DNA of 64,000 bases from Paraphysomonas bandaiensis (lineage: Eukaryota; Protista; Chrysophyceae), in contig CBFFRP010000201.1 in assembly GCA_965644295.1 (NCBI GenBank), positions 1 to 64,000 of the forward strand. The letters are read 5' to 3'. Positions 18,154-32,145 of this stretch are shown here, in pieces (the stretch's first letter is position 1; every line of letters begins with the position of its first letter). The notes under the pieces were generated by a model, which made no database searches, was not told where the DNA came from, and was given only the letters and a program-made list of their open reading frames with translations. The translations under genes were made by a program, and so were the position numbers.

Positions 18154-19543
18154 CTAGACATATTCTAAGTTGTAAACAATGTTGTACCGCAGTCATGCCG
18201 TCATAGCAGTATAACGAGTAGCATATGATAAGGAGCGGACGGTGTGACTGGAGAATATTATAAATGAGTAGTGTCAATAATAATGAATCGTGTTGTATAT
18301 CAACAAGCAACTGCTGAAAACGTGCTGTATTCTTTCAAAACTAGGTTTACTATTTTATATTTTCTCTCGCTTCGCACTAGTCAGGATGCCAGTATATATT
18401 AAATATTGCTAGTTAGAAAAAACATATACATGCTTTGTTTAGCAGCACTATCTACTCTAGAAAAGCCAGCGTTCATCATCAAGTGATATAATGATATTTA
18501 TTCATTATATGTAGTAGGGGTCAATGTAAAATGTTGCAATATAGAATATGTGGGTTTGATGTTTGAAATTGATATATAGAATATTGCAATATGAATCACT
18601 AAATGTTGTGACATTGCACAAAGAGCGCTCGATTACAGTTGTATGCAGTGATATATATAACACTGATCTATGACGTATGACGGTGTACAGCATGTTAGAT
18701 AGCAGTGCATCAAGCTATTTATATACATGTATGCATGTATACGTACATGAAGCGAACTACATCATGTCTCTATATATGATACACTAGGCAGAATCTTATC
18801 GAGAAACCGAGGCGACATACATACAATGCATGGATATCTATGTACCTCTCCACCATACCTCTCCATATATGGATGCACCTCTACGTGCATATACAGTGTA
18901 TGTGTATCATACATGTATACCGCATACACTTGACACATCTGCTGCTGATATCCCTCATCGCTCTTCGCAGAAACCATAAGAAAGTAGAGCTCTGCATGAA
19001 CACTTGAATAGGAATGAGTGGAATCTTGAATTCCGTATATGGATATATGGATATATGGATATGTGAAGCGTCCAAAAAAGAGGAGTATTTGACATACAGG
19101 TTGGGAAAAAACGCAATACACACAAAAAGCCACTCTTTTCGATCAAAAAATGTGCTTATTTACTTATTTGGCGTATATAAACCCATATAAAATGAACCCC
19201 TAACTGTATTCTGCCTCTGTGTACGTGAACTGAGCAAGTACATAGACACATCTATATGTACAGCAGTACACTATACCAGTACACCTGCATAGACATGGTA
19301 CGGAGGTCCACCAGATTCCATTCCTGATTGGCTGACAGTATGCTCCCTATATATACCATACGTATGTATATGTACAATACACTCCCCTCTCCCTCTATAT
19401 ATACATGTACATGTACAGCTATATATATGGCTCATCATGCACCCATACCATAACATACACCTATATATACACATATCTCAATCACCAGTGCTGTACACCT
19501 TAACACTACACCACTTCCCCTCCATCTCTACCTCACTATAATC

Positions 19544-20620
19544 ATGGCATTACGCAGAGAGGTCAGACTGCGCAAAGAGTTTCTATTAAGAAAGGAACAC
19601 GAGTCTCATACCACTCAAACACTACAAAAGAAACGACAATTACAGGAAGCTATTAATGAAGGTCGCATAACTAACGTGTTTTTCATAGTTAAGGTGATGA
19701 GTGGTGTGATTAGGTAAGCCCATCCCTACTGAGATAAGGAGTCAAGCACGGAAGTTAGAGGTACAGTCGTATACATGCAGTCATTCGATAACATGATGTG
19801 ATATATTATGTATTATGTAGCATGATATGGCCCTTGATGTATGCCCGATTGATGAAGACAGAAATATTGATGATGAATATGCGAATGCTGCCCAAAGAGA
19901 ACCGAAGGTCTGCGTATCAACCTCACGAGATCCAAGCAGTCGTTTGAAGCAATTCGCAAAGTAGTACATACATTTTCTCTCGCTTGTGATTATCTCATAG
20001 TTTGAATACAGAGAAGTCAAAGTTTGTATTCCTAACTCCCAAGCGGTTAACCGAGGCAATCACAGATTGGATGAGCTCGTAGATGCTGCTAAAAAGGCCG
20101 ATTTCACCGATATTGTACTGTTGAATGAAACCAGGGGACAGCCTGATGGCATGATCATATCGCATCTACCATTTGGCCCAACTGCCTATTTCACTTTATC
20201 TAATTGCGTTCTTAGACACGATATTCCAGAATGTACTCCAGCATCTCAGGCTTATCCCAATATCATTGTTGACAACATGAGTACTAAAATGGGTGCTAGA
20301 ATTGGTCGAATATTACAGGCTTTATATCCTGCAGCGAAATTGGACTGCAAGAGAGTAATTACTTATGCCAATAGAAATGACTTTATCTCTTTCCGCCACC
20401 ACATGTATGTTAAAGATCGCGGTAATATACAACTGAAGGAAGCAGGTCCACGTTTCGAAATGCAGCCGTATGAAGTATGTAAAACATATGTGGTCGTACT
20501 ATGCTGACTTTAGTTGTTGTTTGTTAGGTTAAGCTTGGTACATTAGATCAAGAGCATGCGGAATCTGAGTGGGTACTAAGACCGTATATGAATACTTCTC
20601 GTAAAAAGCAAACCCTGTAG
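19544..20620 (+). CDS. IMP4: U3 snoRNP protein IMP4 (Brix domain), multi-exon
   Basis: MALRREVRLRKEFL start; GKPIPTE; IDDEYA; TSRDPSSRLKQFAKE; ETRGQPDGMIISHLPFGPTAYF; DFISFRHH; EAGPRFEM; EWVLRPYMNTSRKKQTL*. Confidence 0.93.
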
Positions 20621-21286
20621 CAGCCTAGCTTTTTATTGGATAATAATTAGATTCAGTGCAGTGTATGTGCTTCTACGTTTCGGCTTATTAATTGCTACGA
20701 AGTTTTTGCCCTTTCCCAGTTCTACGAATTTGCACTCCACTACTGTGGATTTTCACTTCAATACTGTGGTAAGAGTATAGCTATACCACAAGCTATAAGA
20801 TAATAGACCGAGAATTGAATATCGCCAAGTAAAACAAAGTTATTGAATAGAGGGAAAAGCGATATGCAGCTTAATTAGTTATTTGGAAACTTATTTTCAA
20901 TTAATGTAATAGGCTAATATATGTATTAAGCTTTACTGGTTTGTTCGCTAAATGCTGTGTATAGTGTGTAAAACAGAGAGGGAGATAAAAATATTTGCAT
21001 TGCAACGTTTGTGGGATGCTCAAATAATAATAAATAAGCTTCTACACTTGGTTGTTTCAGCGAAGTGTCAATGAACAAGAGAGTGCAGATACAAGTAGTA
21101 GGTTGTATAGATTGCTAATCCAGTGAGCCAAACGTCTAAAAACGAAATTCATATTATTGAATACATACTTAAGGTTTGCTTTTGCACTACAAAAATACCG
21201 GTGTCCGCTACATGTTCACTAAATATCAACGCAATTTATTATGGAGATTACATGCACCACAATACCGATAGTTCATTACCGATATC

Positions 21287-22717
21287 TCATTTTCGGCTTG
21301 AGAATCCATTAGCTCGCAACCACTCATCTCCACTTCCTGTCTCATCGGCATACAGGTAATCATTCATCACAACTCTATACTGATGCACAGAACATCCCCC
21401 CTGGCCTTGACTGGCAATATCATAAATAAAGGCCGCAATATCTGACGGAAGACTGTATCCAATTGCTTTGAAAGTATTTATAATTTTCTCCAGCGCCATA
21501 GGAGTGTGAAAGACGCTGGGATCAATGGACAAATTGGAGAAATCTTCAGGTGAAATTAGCTCTCGCGCAGATACATCGTCTCCGTAATTCATTGGATCGG
21601 CCATCGACCTTTTGTTGATGGGTATTCGCGGTAAATCACTCCGAATACTTGGAACCCCAAATGCGCGAGTCTGGGGACAATACGGTTATGCATAAAATTG
21701 TTAAGCGAGTTCACATACCTCAGTTGTAATGTTGCGAAATCCCGGTGTTATTGACCTGCCCAGATCTCCAACCGTGACGCCATCATCTCTATCACATCCA
21801 TACTCCCCAGTAATTGTTTCAGCAGCACCCCATAAATTAACTTCGTTTGCAGAAACCGACGGCTTTCCAAACACTGTGCCTTCAGGGATCTTGTCAGCAC
21901 CAATTCCAAGATTTCTGGGTCTTCCAAGAACATCACCAAGGTCTTTGAAGTTTTCGACATTTCTTGTCGTTACTAGGGGACCTTGGTCGGCATCAGCGGT
22001 TGAAAGAACATCGGCTATATTCTTTGAAACTCCATTGAACGCAACATCCTTGCTCTTTGCACCAAAGGTTGCCTGAGTCGGGTCAAATTTCCAATCATAG
22101 TTTCTCTTCTTTTGCTCTCCAACACCATACAAGCCATGACTCTTTTTATAAATTTCATCCGCATATTCTTGAGATTCACAAAGACGGGGGAAAATTAAAT
22201 TTTTAGCTGCTTCATCCTTTGTAGTTGGGACCTGACCAAAGGGTTGCCCTGATACATATATTAGACGCTGCGGTGGGTAGGTCATTTACATACCATCAAT
22301 ATATTTCTGTGGAAGCTGATGATTTCTACAATAAGTTTTCCCAAGAGGCTCTCTCGTCGTCGTGTGATAAACTTTTTCCGCTTTTATGAAATTTAGTTTA
22401 CCCACTACGCCGGACTGAGATTTTTGAGAGAGCAGCTCAGCTGTAGTAGCTTCAGATGTCTTGGAAGTAACGCCAAATGTTCTCTGATCCAGTTTTAGAG
22501 TCTGGATATCTGCAATCGTCTTCGGATTCTGATATCTCTTTCCTGGCTCTAAATTAGCAGATCGTCGAAATTTTTTAACATCTTCAGGAGTTGCTGGCCG
22601 CTCTTGAAATAACATACACTCCTGTGCACTTCCACGAGCTTCATGCTTTGCAGTCAAACCTGCAGGTGGCATTAATTTCGCCTCCATTTCCCTTTTTGTC
22701 TTGTACATTGTGGTCAT
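21287..22717 (-). CDS. EFHB/CFAP21-like ciliary microtubule inner protein, 3 exons
   Basis: Motifs typical of EFHB: RPATPEDVKKFR, REPLGK, YKKSHG...GEQKKRNYDW, FGVPSIRSDLP...MADPMNYGDD. Confidence 0.7.
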
Positions 22718-23592
22718 TGTCCGCTTGATTTATTATATGATATATGTCTAACAGACTGGCAGACAAATAGAGTGATATACAATTGCCGTACAGGTTATGA
22801 TAAGGAAAAGACGTAAGAGAATAACAGATATGTTATTCCTCTGGTATTCCTTCGACTATAAAGTGTTACTTGATGCCTATAACTTTATTAGTTCGTGCAG
22901 TTAGTAAGTGTCTCAACAGATATGTGCATGTATATATATGTGTGTGTGTGTGTATGTGTATATGAGCGTTTGAACGCGCAGTTATTGTCAGTTACTCTCT
23001 CGACTATATCATAATACATTGGAATACAGTGAGAATACGGTGTCAGAGAGATGCGGTTGTGGTGATCTGGAGATCGGGCTGTATTCTTGTATTCTGCGGT
23101 ATTCCTGCCCCCAACAGATTCGTTCATATGAGTGTGGAGATTCCTCTTCATCCTCACCAGCAGCAGATGGTGATGGAAGGGTTACATATCATCGAGAAGG
23201 TCAAGAGAGTGGCGTCGACTGCTGTAGTGTGTGTATGTATTGTGTATGGTGTAGACAGGTGTACAAAGCAACTTCTACTGGTATTGGATGATGCATATGA
23301 AAGATAACATACACATGCAGTGAAGTCGAAGTCGAAGTCATCTATCTCATACTATCCAATCATATCATGCATACAATCCCCCTGTAAGAGGATCTATAGT
23401 TAGATTACTGTAAACTACCATACAATACACTATAGAGACATGGTTCATATGTATAAACTATAGGCTCCAGCTCTCATATAGAACCTTATCGTATACTCGA
23501 TATATAATTACTGCATTGTGTATACTGTAGTGATTAGATCCATCATACTATAGTCTCATAGCTATGAACCCCTCTATTACACACTGCATAGC

Positions 23593-25252
23593 ATGTATAT
23601 AAATCAAATGGAAGATCGTATGAATACTAATCATCAGACTGTGTGTCGTGTGGGATATGCTCTTAATGCGAAGAAGCTTCGTAAAGGTGGAGGTGATCGT
23701 AAGCTAGGTGAGAATAAGAGGGGGGTATGGAGAGGAGGGGGGCTGGCAGATATACTAACAGATGATGTGGATGGGGGGGTGTCGTTTGAACCAATTGATT
23801 TTGATAAACCTGATTACGAGCAGGTGTGATATGTGTATATGTGTGTATATATAATCTAATCATGTTATACAGCCGGTATACAATGTAATTATACACAAAA
23901 TAACTGAAGATATTCGAAGCGATGATGAGGACTCAAAGGCGAAAGTGAAATTATTGCAAAGCTACTTAGCAAGAAATCCAAAAACAGTTATTGTTGACCC
24001 TCTTTCTTGTGTAGAAAACGTTATCACTCGGTCACGTGTATGTCGTGTGCTGGAAAAAATTATTAATTCTACAACAAGCGCCCGTGGATTCTGTCCGTTT
24101 ACACAGCCGAAATATTTAATAGTGGACGATGTGAATTCACTGGTGAGCAAGGTGAAAGCATCGTCACTACAATTTCCATTAATATGCAAACCCATCGAAG
24201 CATGTGGAACGCCGAACTCTCATTCAATGGTGAGTTGTATTTTGAATTTAGCTCATCTGTAATATTTCCACCTGGCCAGGTTATTGCGGTATCACCAGAT
24301 GGCCTCGAACTTGTCAACAGTCCATGTGTCATTCAGGAATACCGGGACCACTCAGCCTCATTTTTTAAAGTGTATGTAATTGACGAAGAGGTAATGGTGT
24401 ACCAACGCCCTTCCTTACCGGATTTGGAGCAGTTGCGAGCTGGGGGAAGTCATAGTCGCAATCGTAGCGGTTGTGATCTACACTTACGAAGTATTGCTTT
24501 CGACAGTCGATATGCGTATCCTACGATTGAAGATTTTATTGATTCTACATACACTGGAGCAACTTGCTCTTCCAATGTGTCAGTCTCTCCCATTCCATCA
24601 GAAGACGAGTCGATTCCCGGATGTGGCTCTCCATCTGAAGATCCAGTTTTGGTCTCGTCTTCTTCTGGTCTTGCTGAATTTCCCACATTCAGTGATGTGC
24701 TATCACATGATCATACCAAACACAAATCAAACAATATTTTGACGGACAATTTTGTAACCAAATTACAGACTCCCAATTCCCCTAATACACTGTGGTGTGA
24801 ATCACCCCAATTACCACAGTGCGAAGTGGGACACCTGCCACGTTTAGATGACGACCTGGTATCGACTCTGAAATCATATAACAGATTCAGAAAGCCCAGT
24901 GCAGCGGATCTTGAGAGCGCTGATTTAGGGGGACGTTTCAATGTTGAGAAATTTCCTCACAAAGGTACTCAATACTGGTATGCATGTTACTTTCCTAATG
25001 TACATATGTCGAGCAGAAAGATTCGAAAGAATTGCAGAAGATTTGCGAGAAGGTTTCGGATTAACCCTCTTTGGATTCGACGTAATATTACCGAAAACTT
25101 ATCATCGCAGCTCAGATGATGCCCTTGACTTCGTTGTAATAGATGTAAATTTCTTTCCCAGTTACAAGGAAGTGGAAGACTTTCCCTCCCGGTTGAGGCA
25201 ATTTTTGAGAAGACGCGCGGGCCTACAACCGTATATAGATGATGAACACTGA
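23593..25252 (+). CDS. ITPK1: Inositol-tetrakisphosphate 1-kinase (ATP-grasp), multi-exon
   Basis: VGYALNAKK, LHKITED, FPLICKPIEACG...SHSM, IQEYRDH...FKVYVI, FGLTLFGFDV, VIDVNFFPSY. Start ATG uncertain (several in-frame ATGs from 23593). Confidence 0.88.
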
Positions 25253-26166
25253 TCTAATATCTAACTTATTAATAAGAATAGTGCTGTTTTATTAAAGTAT
25301 ATGTCTGCCAACAGTCAACTACTTCGTATGACTTGAGTACGCTGTCGTGTATTACTGGATAAGAATACAGTTAAATATACTAAGGACAAGATAAATAGCA
25401 AAGTAACGAAATAGCATGTTATAAGATATCAGAATAACAAAAAGGAAAATGATAGCTACATGGCTGCGTGGCGTGGGAGTTCATCCCTCACTCGGTCAGT
25501 TGTTAAGTTGAGGTCTCCTTCCAAAACTGATATTTGGATGATAGAAAGTAATCAATAACCAACTACCAACTGAACTTGTAAACTTACACAATAATCCATT
25601 AAACTCACAACTAATATCAATCCGTATTATTAGATCATAGATAGACACGAACTTATACCGTCAACATATTTAAATTTGTCTTAACTACCTCAATACTCAC
25701 AATTACGCCCGAACACCTGACCCGGTAGCCGGTAGGGGGAATGAAACCCCACTCTGACATCTATTATTTCGTATAGTTTTACAAGCAATTATTTTAGTAG
25801 TTTTCTAGAGTATTAGAAATCATTGAAAGTCACGATGATTTCATTGGCTACTACGTAAAGTCAGAGTGCTACCACGTAAAGTCATAAAGTCATGCATGAT
25901 TAATGCCATGTGAACAGTCTTCTGATGACATTCGATTAACTAGCACATTAAAAATGCGTAATCTATTTATTCGCGACATAGTCTTCTACCAGCTATATAT
26001 AGATACATTGTTCGAGTACAATTTATTGTCGAGTGAAGCTCTATTCTTATTTCACAATATGATATTTCACAATACTGTTTACTTGTTACCTATGACTATC
26101 CACGTAATTTTCAGCATACACATGGCAAGCAACAATAAAAACCAATAAAAAACTAGACACTATGAA

Positions 26167-26618
26167 TTACTCGAAATCCCATTCTAACTTATCATCACCC
26201 TCAGAATACTCAGCTAGGTCTTCCGGTTGTATTTTTTCCAACTTCATATCATTCGCCTCTCGCACTGAGTCCAAATCCCCCACAAGCACAATATTATCCC
26301 CACGAACAATGTATACACCAAGTGGAATATCGCAATATTTACCTACAAAGACATTAGAGTAATACCATATGACAAAGTATCGTACCAGGTAATAAAATTC
26401 GCTCCGAGGTATCCTCCAAAACTAAATTCAAGAACTGATCAAAGCTTCGAAGCGTTCCAACTGAAATAACAGCAGCGGTTACATGTGTCTGTGTATGTTA
26501 AGGTATGGACTGCACCTATATGACGACCATCACGAAGAATAATAAGCACACGTTGATCTAGTTGGTCAAGTAGAGAGGCTGCACCCGGCAGGTAGATATC
26601 ACTAGACAGCTCACTCAT
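26167..26618 (-). CDS. LSM1: U6 snRNA-associated Sm-like protein LSm1, 3 exons
   Basis: Spliced by eye: MSELSSDIYLPGAASLLDQLDQRVLIILRDGR...GTLRSFDQFLNLVLEDTSERI...KYCDIPLGVYIVRGDNIVLVG...EWDFE*. Not in the ORF track. Confidence 0.9.
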
Positions 26619-26842
26619 TAATATTATAGGATGATATAACTAACTGTGGAGTGAGAGGAAGAGGATGTCAGATAGATTGGTGTTGAGTGATGATCGATCC
26701 TTGCTGTATATATATCACCTTGAGATATGCTGATATATACATATATATATATATATATGGCCTTGTGGAGTATAGTGCAGTATGAGAGGGAATAGCTACA
26801 TACACATACACATATATACCTATACACTCCTATGCCCACTGC

Positions 26843-26932
26843 TGTACCTATATACTCCTATGTACATATGTACATACTCCTACTGTATATATGTACATAC
26901 TCCTACTGTACATAAGTACATATGTACATCTC
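26843..26932. repeat. Degenerate ~22-bp tandem repeat
   Basis: ATATGTACATACTCCTACTGTA-like units, about 3-4 copies. Confidence 0.6.
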
Positions 26933-27349
26933 CTGCACTCCGTACTGTACGAGTACTATGACTACAAGCCTGTATGAAAATAAATTTATTTCAAATTCGT
27001 CATACGTTTCATTGTACACTCTGCGATCGTAGTACACACACAACTGCATCCTGCATACTTCGATCACACACCTCAACAGAATAAAATGGTCATCAAAATC
27101 GATGATTTTCAAAGAAACTAACAATATTAGCTACATAAATACCCCCCTTTTCTTCATAAAACCCCCGATTATAGAAATTCCAGTAATATTTTTGAAAAGT
27201 TCAGAATAGTTTCTTCCAATCCTCGTTTTTAAATATGAACTCAGTCACAGATACATACATACATACAGAGTGGGTCAGATCTCTCTATGGGCTGTCGATA
27301 CCATACAAGATCAAGTTTAATATAGAAGTTATTACAGTATTATTGAGTG

Positions 27350-30300
27350 ATGGAGATCGACTTATCTACACAACAAATATCAGAATCTGTTCATTACTCG
27401 TTAAGAAACATCGTCTCACTGGTATGTCACTCTATCCCCTTATATACCTCTATATACACTAATATTAACACAGGAGGAGGTTCTTAAACTATGGCATACA
27501 CTTGGATTAGTTGTGAGAGAACAACTTATACAAAAGAAAGGCGTAAGACTTGAAAAACTTGGATATTTTGGTTTTGATGTGATGGGATGTCCGTGTTTTA
27601 ATGTCGCTAATGAGTTTATGAGAACATATAAAGTACGACATGTTCCTACACCAACTAGTGATAATATTCCGATATCAAAATTAAATTTTACTCAATTGAG
27701 TCGAATGTGTGGGGTTGATAGATCACGTGCTGAAAAGATATATGCAAAGTATGTGGAGTTATTTGGTGCTGGTGTCCGAACAGGTCAGAATGCTCTGTTG
27801 TCCATTCATCGAGTGGCTGAAGTATTTGTTAACAACGACTCTGTTAAATGTTCTTTTCTTCCTGAGTTTGTTGATATGATGTCAACTAAGTCGAAGGTGG
27901 CTAATCGAAAAAGACCCAGCTCTGCACCCCGCACACGGGTGAATCCTCGTGATACTATAAACGCCGCATCTTCACCTAGCGTGCCTGTGAGGTCTCACGG
28001 GGCAGTTGTGCGAGGGAAACGCAATGATGTCGTGAAAAAGAATGCGGTCAGAGGTAAGAAGCGGATTGAGGCACCTGGCAACTTCCACGGTCATAACCCC
28101 ATAGTTGGTGATGATGATGATGATAACTTTGAAAACATCAGTAGACCGAATGTTAACAGAGGTAAGAAGGCGGTTGCAGGAGGTGCCAATCAGAGGCATC
28201 GCAACCCTATCCTTGAAGGTGACGACTACGTAAGTATTGCTAGTAGTGACCAGGGTTTTGGATATTCGCCGCGTCCGATGAGTGCAGGAAGCAGGTCTAC
28301 AACGTCAAGGGCCAGCAGCGCCAGTACGCATAGTATAGATACTAATAGTCTGCTGCACTCTCCTAGAGGCAGAATTCCTGATGGAAGGCGTGGTGTGTCG
28401 CGTGGAACGGGTGGGCTCAGGAAGGAGACACTAGCGAGACACAACTCGTCTGCCCCTAGAGGAACAAGGAAAGAAGCAGCGCCCGCTGTCCGTCCGAGTA
28501 CCCCAGCATCGTCAGTTGCGGTTGATGCCAGAGCCCTAGCAGCACGGGCTATGGGACCTGGAGACATTGTGGAGAAGATAAAGCAAAAAATAGTCGCTCG
28601 TGGAGGAGTGAATGGTATAAAAGGCTTCGCTCGTCTTCTAAAAATTATGGACGACAATGGAGACAAACGTTTAACGAAAGATGAACTGATGTACGGTATG
28701 CGTGACTATGGCATAAATTTAACAAAAACTGAAGTAGAACAACTGTTCTTGCTCTTTGACCGAGATCGTAACGGGTTCATTGACATAGATGAATTCCTTA
28801 TTGGAATTCGTGGTGACCTCAATGACCGGAGGAAGAAACTCGTGCGAATGGCTTTCGATATTCTCGATACAGATGGGTCCGGATTAATCACAGTGGATGA
28901 ATTAAGTGCAGTGTACGACGTGTCATGGAATCCTGCTGTACAGGCAGGAAAAATGACGGAGGCGGAAGCCATGAAAGAGTTCATGCGTCAATGGGACAGA
29001 CTTGATGGTGACGGTATGGTGTCTATAGAAGAATTTGAAGACTACTACAAGGGGGTGAGCTCATCGATTGATGATGACGATTATTTTGAATTGATGATAC
29101 GGAATGCGTGGAGAATCCCCGGAGGCAAAGGAATGGCCGCCAACACGGCTAACAAGCGAGTCCTTGTCACGAACAAAGATGGTTCACAGTCTATTGCTAC
29201 AGTCCATAATGAGCTGGGCATGAAACCTGGGGACAGGGATGCCGTTCGGTCACGTTTGGCGCAGCAGGGCATAGACGCGGCAAATGTGGAGCTTCATGGT
29301 GGTATCGATACAACAGAGAAACCCAAGAAGGTAGAGTTATTGCTGTGTTTTGTACATCTGTGTCACGGATTCTATTTATATTCAGAATCGTCGTGGAGAC
29401 GTTCGGAGAGAAGCTTGGTCAGAACCTGGCGGTGGCGATCATTCTGCCCCCCCAGAAAGACATTTTCGTGGTGATCAGCGTAGTAGTGGTCCTGGGAGAA
29501 GCGACCGTCGTGAAGGTGGTAATAGACTCGAGGCAAGTAGTTCTGCCCAGACTGGTACTACTGTGAACATTTCGGAAATTCTGCGCCAATGTCTGTACAA
29601 TCCTCCGTTGTCGTTAGAGCAACTTGCCATGAAGCTCAAGATATCACTGGTGGGTGAGAATCCTCAGATATCGCGGGCTGTATTTTGTCAGAGGTAGTGT
29701 ACCTTATTGGATACTTTTGTATATAATTATATTCAATGCAGAATTAGCCAAATTGCACCTGAAACGGACAAGCGTACATTGGCCCACATTTGGGAATCTG
29801 TTGCTGAGTCTTGTGCTGGTAAAAAGACAGCACCATCTATTGGTATCAATGATCTTCATAAATATTTTTGCAATAAGTATGGCAAGGACAAGTCTAGTAA
29901 ATCACATAGTGTGGTTGACAGAGCAATAGCAAAAATTATTGAGCGATCAGGTGGTGGTTTCAAAGGATTACAAAGGTAAGAAGCAATTTGAAATCATACT
30001 TCCAATACATAATTACAGTCCATCTATAGGACATTATCAATAATGGATGATAATGGCGATAAAAGATTAAATAAAGAGGAATTGAAGTAAGCTTTTGAAT
30101 TATTACAGTCACTGAAATAATTTTGGGATGCAAGGAACGGGTTAAGCGATTACGGAATCAATTTAAATCACAGAGAGATCGATGACATTTTCCTAGTTTT
30201 TGACAGAGACCACAATGGCTTCATCGACGTGGATGAATTCCTTATTGGAATTCGTGGTGACCTCAATGACCGGAGGAAGAAACTCGTGCGAATGGCTTTC

Positions 30301-31059
30301 GATATTCTCGATACAGATGGGTCCGGATTAATCACAGTGGATGAATTAAGTGCAGTGTACGACGTGTCATGGAATCCTGCTGTACAGGCAGGAAAAATGA
30401 CGGAGGCGGAAGCCATGAAAGAGTTCATGCGTCAATGGGACAGACTTGATGGCGATGGTATGGTGTCTATAGAAGAATTTGAAGACTACTACAAGGGGGT
30501 GAGCTCATCGATTGATGGTGACGATTATTTTGAATTGATGATACGGAATGCGTGGAGAATCCCCGGAGGCGAAGGAATGGCCGCCAACACGGCTAACAAG
30601 CGAGTCCTTGTCACGAACAAAGATGGTTCACAGTCTATTGCTACAGTCCATAATGAGCTGGGCATGAAACCTGGGGACAGGGATGCCGTTCGGTCACGTT
30701 TGGCTCAGCAGGGCATAGACGCGGCAAATGTGGAGCTTCATGGTGGTATCGATACAACAGAGAAACCCAAGAAGGTAGAGTTATTGCTGTGTTTGTACAT
30801 CTGTGTTATTGATTCTTCTTAATAGACACGCCAGGATTCTTCTAATCAGCAGAACATTGCTCCTAAACACGTACGCCATCGTGCTGCTGAGAAGCTTGGA
30901 GCCGCCTTCCGTGGCCATAAAGGGAGGAAAGAAGTTAGTAAAGTGCGTAGTAATGTTGAAGCTGCGATGCGACGTGAACAGGATCGTGAAGAGGAAATAC
31001 GTAAAGAAAAGGCGAGGCATATTTATCGGCCTAAGGGCAAGTCATACATTGGGTTTTAG
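27350..31059 (+). CDS. CCDC81-like HU domain plus two calcyphosin-like EF-hand modules, multi-exon
   Basis: N-terminus LWHTLGLVVREQLIQKKGVRLEKLGYF (HU/CCDC81-like). EF loops DDNGDKRLTKDE, DRDRNGFIDIDE, DTDGSGLITVDE, DGDGMVSIEE. Calcyphosin tail SSSIDDDDYFELMIRNAW occurs twice. Ends KSYIGF*. Confidence 0.8.
28788..29363 (+). repeat. Intragenic duplication, copy 1 (copy 2 at 30232-30806)
   Basis: About 576 bp nearly identical to 30232-30806, including the start of the following intron. Confidence 0.95.
30232..30806 (+). repeat. Intragenic duplication, copy 2
   Basis: About 5 substitutions and 1 intronic indel versus 28788-29363, counted by eye. Confidence 0.95.
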
Positions 31060-31770
31060 ATCAGTTTCTAGAAAGATAATGACCTACATTCGAATTTCTA
31101 TGACTTTGATGTAGATAGTATATGTTTGGGCATACAACCACTGAAATATGACTGAATTGAAATTACCGTCACTGATAAAACTGACATGACCATTGGTTAA
31201 TTAAGAAAACTATTTAATTTCTTGCTAGGATATACATACAACATCTATTGAGTTTAAAAGCTCTATTTCTGAGGTATTGGGATTATGACAACTCCTTAGA
31301 AACACAGTGTTGCAACCTGTAGTTCATGACTTAATGACAATATAATAAGAATGATGTTAGGTAACTGGTATTTGATATTTGAATACCTTGACTATTTGAG
31401 GTTGTGATTATCTAAGATCTAAGCGATGTATGGATTGATAGTAGAGAGTAAAAAATATAACTTCACTGAATGATAAGAGATATTGATCATAACCTGCATA
31501 AATTGATTATATTGAGTGGTGAGTGGTTACTTCACGTAAAATTACTGATTCATTATTTTGCTAGTACTTGGAGTGTAAGTGAAACATACGTCAAATGCGT
31601 AGGTGACTGTATAATAGGTACGATATAAAATACAATCAAAATTTACTTGGCGACTTGCCATTGCACGTGATTAATGCACCATATACCTTATAGCACATGA
31701 CACTGTTGTAATTAGATTATGTTAGATTTGTACACATCACACTCTGCAGTTAGCCTTGCTCAATACATTT

Positions 31771-32145
31771 TGAAAGTCTTATTATGAGCAATAGGCGTTA
31801 AGAATCAGCACCACTTAGTTACTAGTAGATGAAAACTAGTCAAGCATGATAGAGACGTCTACCTGTAACTAACTAGTACAAACTCTATTATCCTACTATT
31901 TGTGCGAAAGCTGCTTGTGCGTCATCGCAAGCATCAAAGGGCAACCACCTCTGCTATATCACTTAAAGTAAGCAGAAATTTTATATAACTTCAGAATTTT
32001 TAAGTCCTTTAGGAGAACATCCCGGATGCTTGACTGCATCAGCTGCCCTATACCCCGGATATCCTTCAAGTGGGCCCTGTGCCCTGTCCCGAATGTCTTC
32101 GATGTGGGCTCATTTCCTGATGCCAGTTTATCCGCAGGGCCCAAA
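31771..32145 (+). repeat. Dispersed repeat module A (inverted copy at 46506-46805)
   Basis: Shares blocks TGAAAGTCTTATTAT..GCAATAGGCGTTA, CTACCTGTAACTAA, TATCCTACTATTT, AAGCTGCTTGTGCGT, ATCCCGGATGCTTGACT and CAGGGCCCAAA with the reverse complement of 46506-46805. Confidence 0.85.

Noticed and set aside
25461-25498. tRNA-like fragment (TGGCG...GTTCATCCCTCACTCGGTCA)
   Set aside because: Only 38 nt and lacks D and anticodon arms; at most a decayed remnant.
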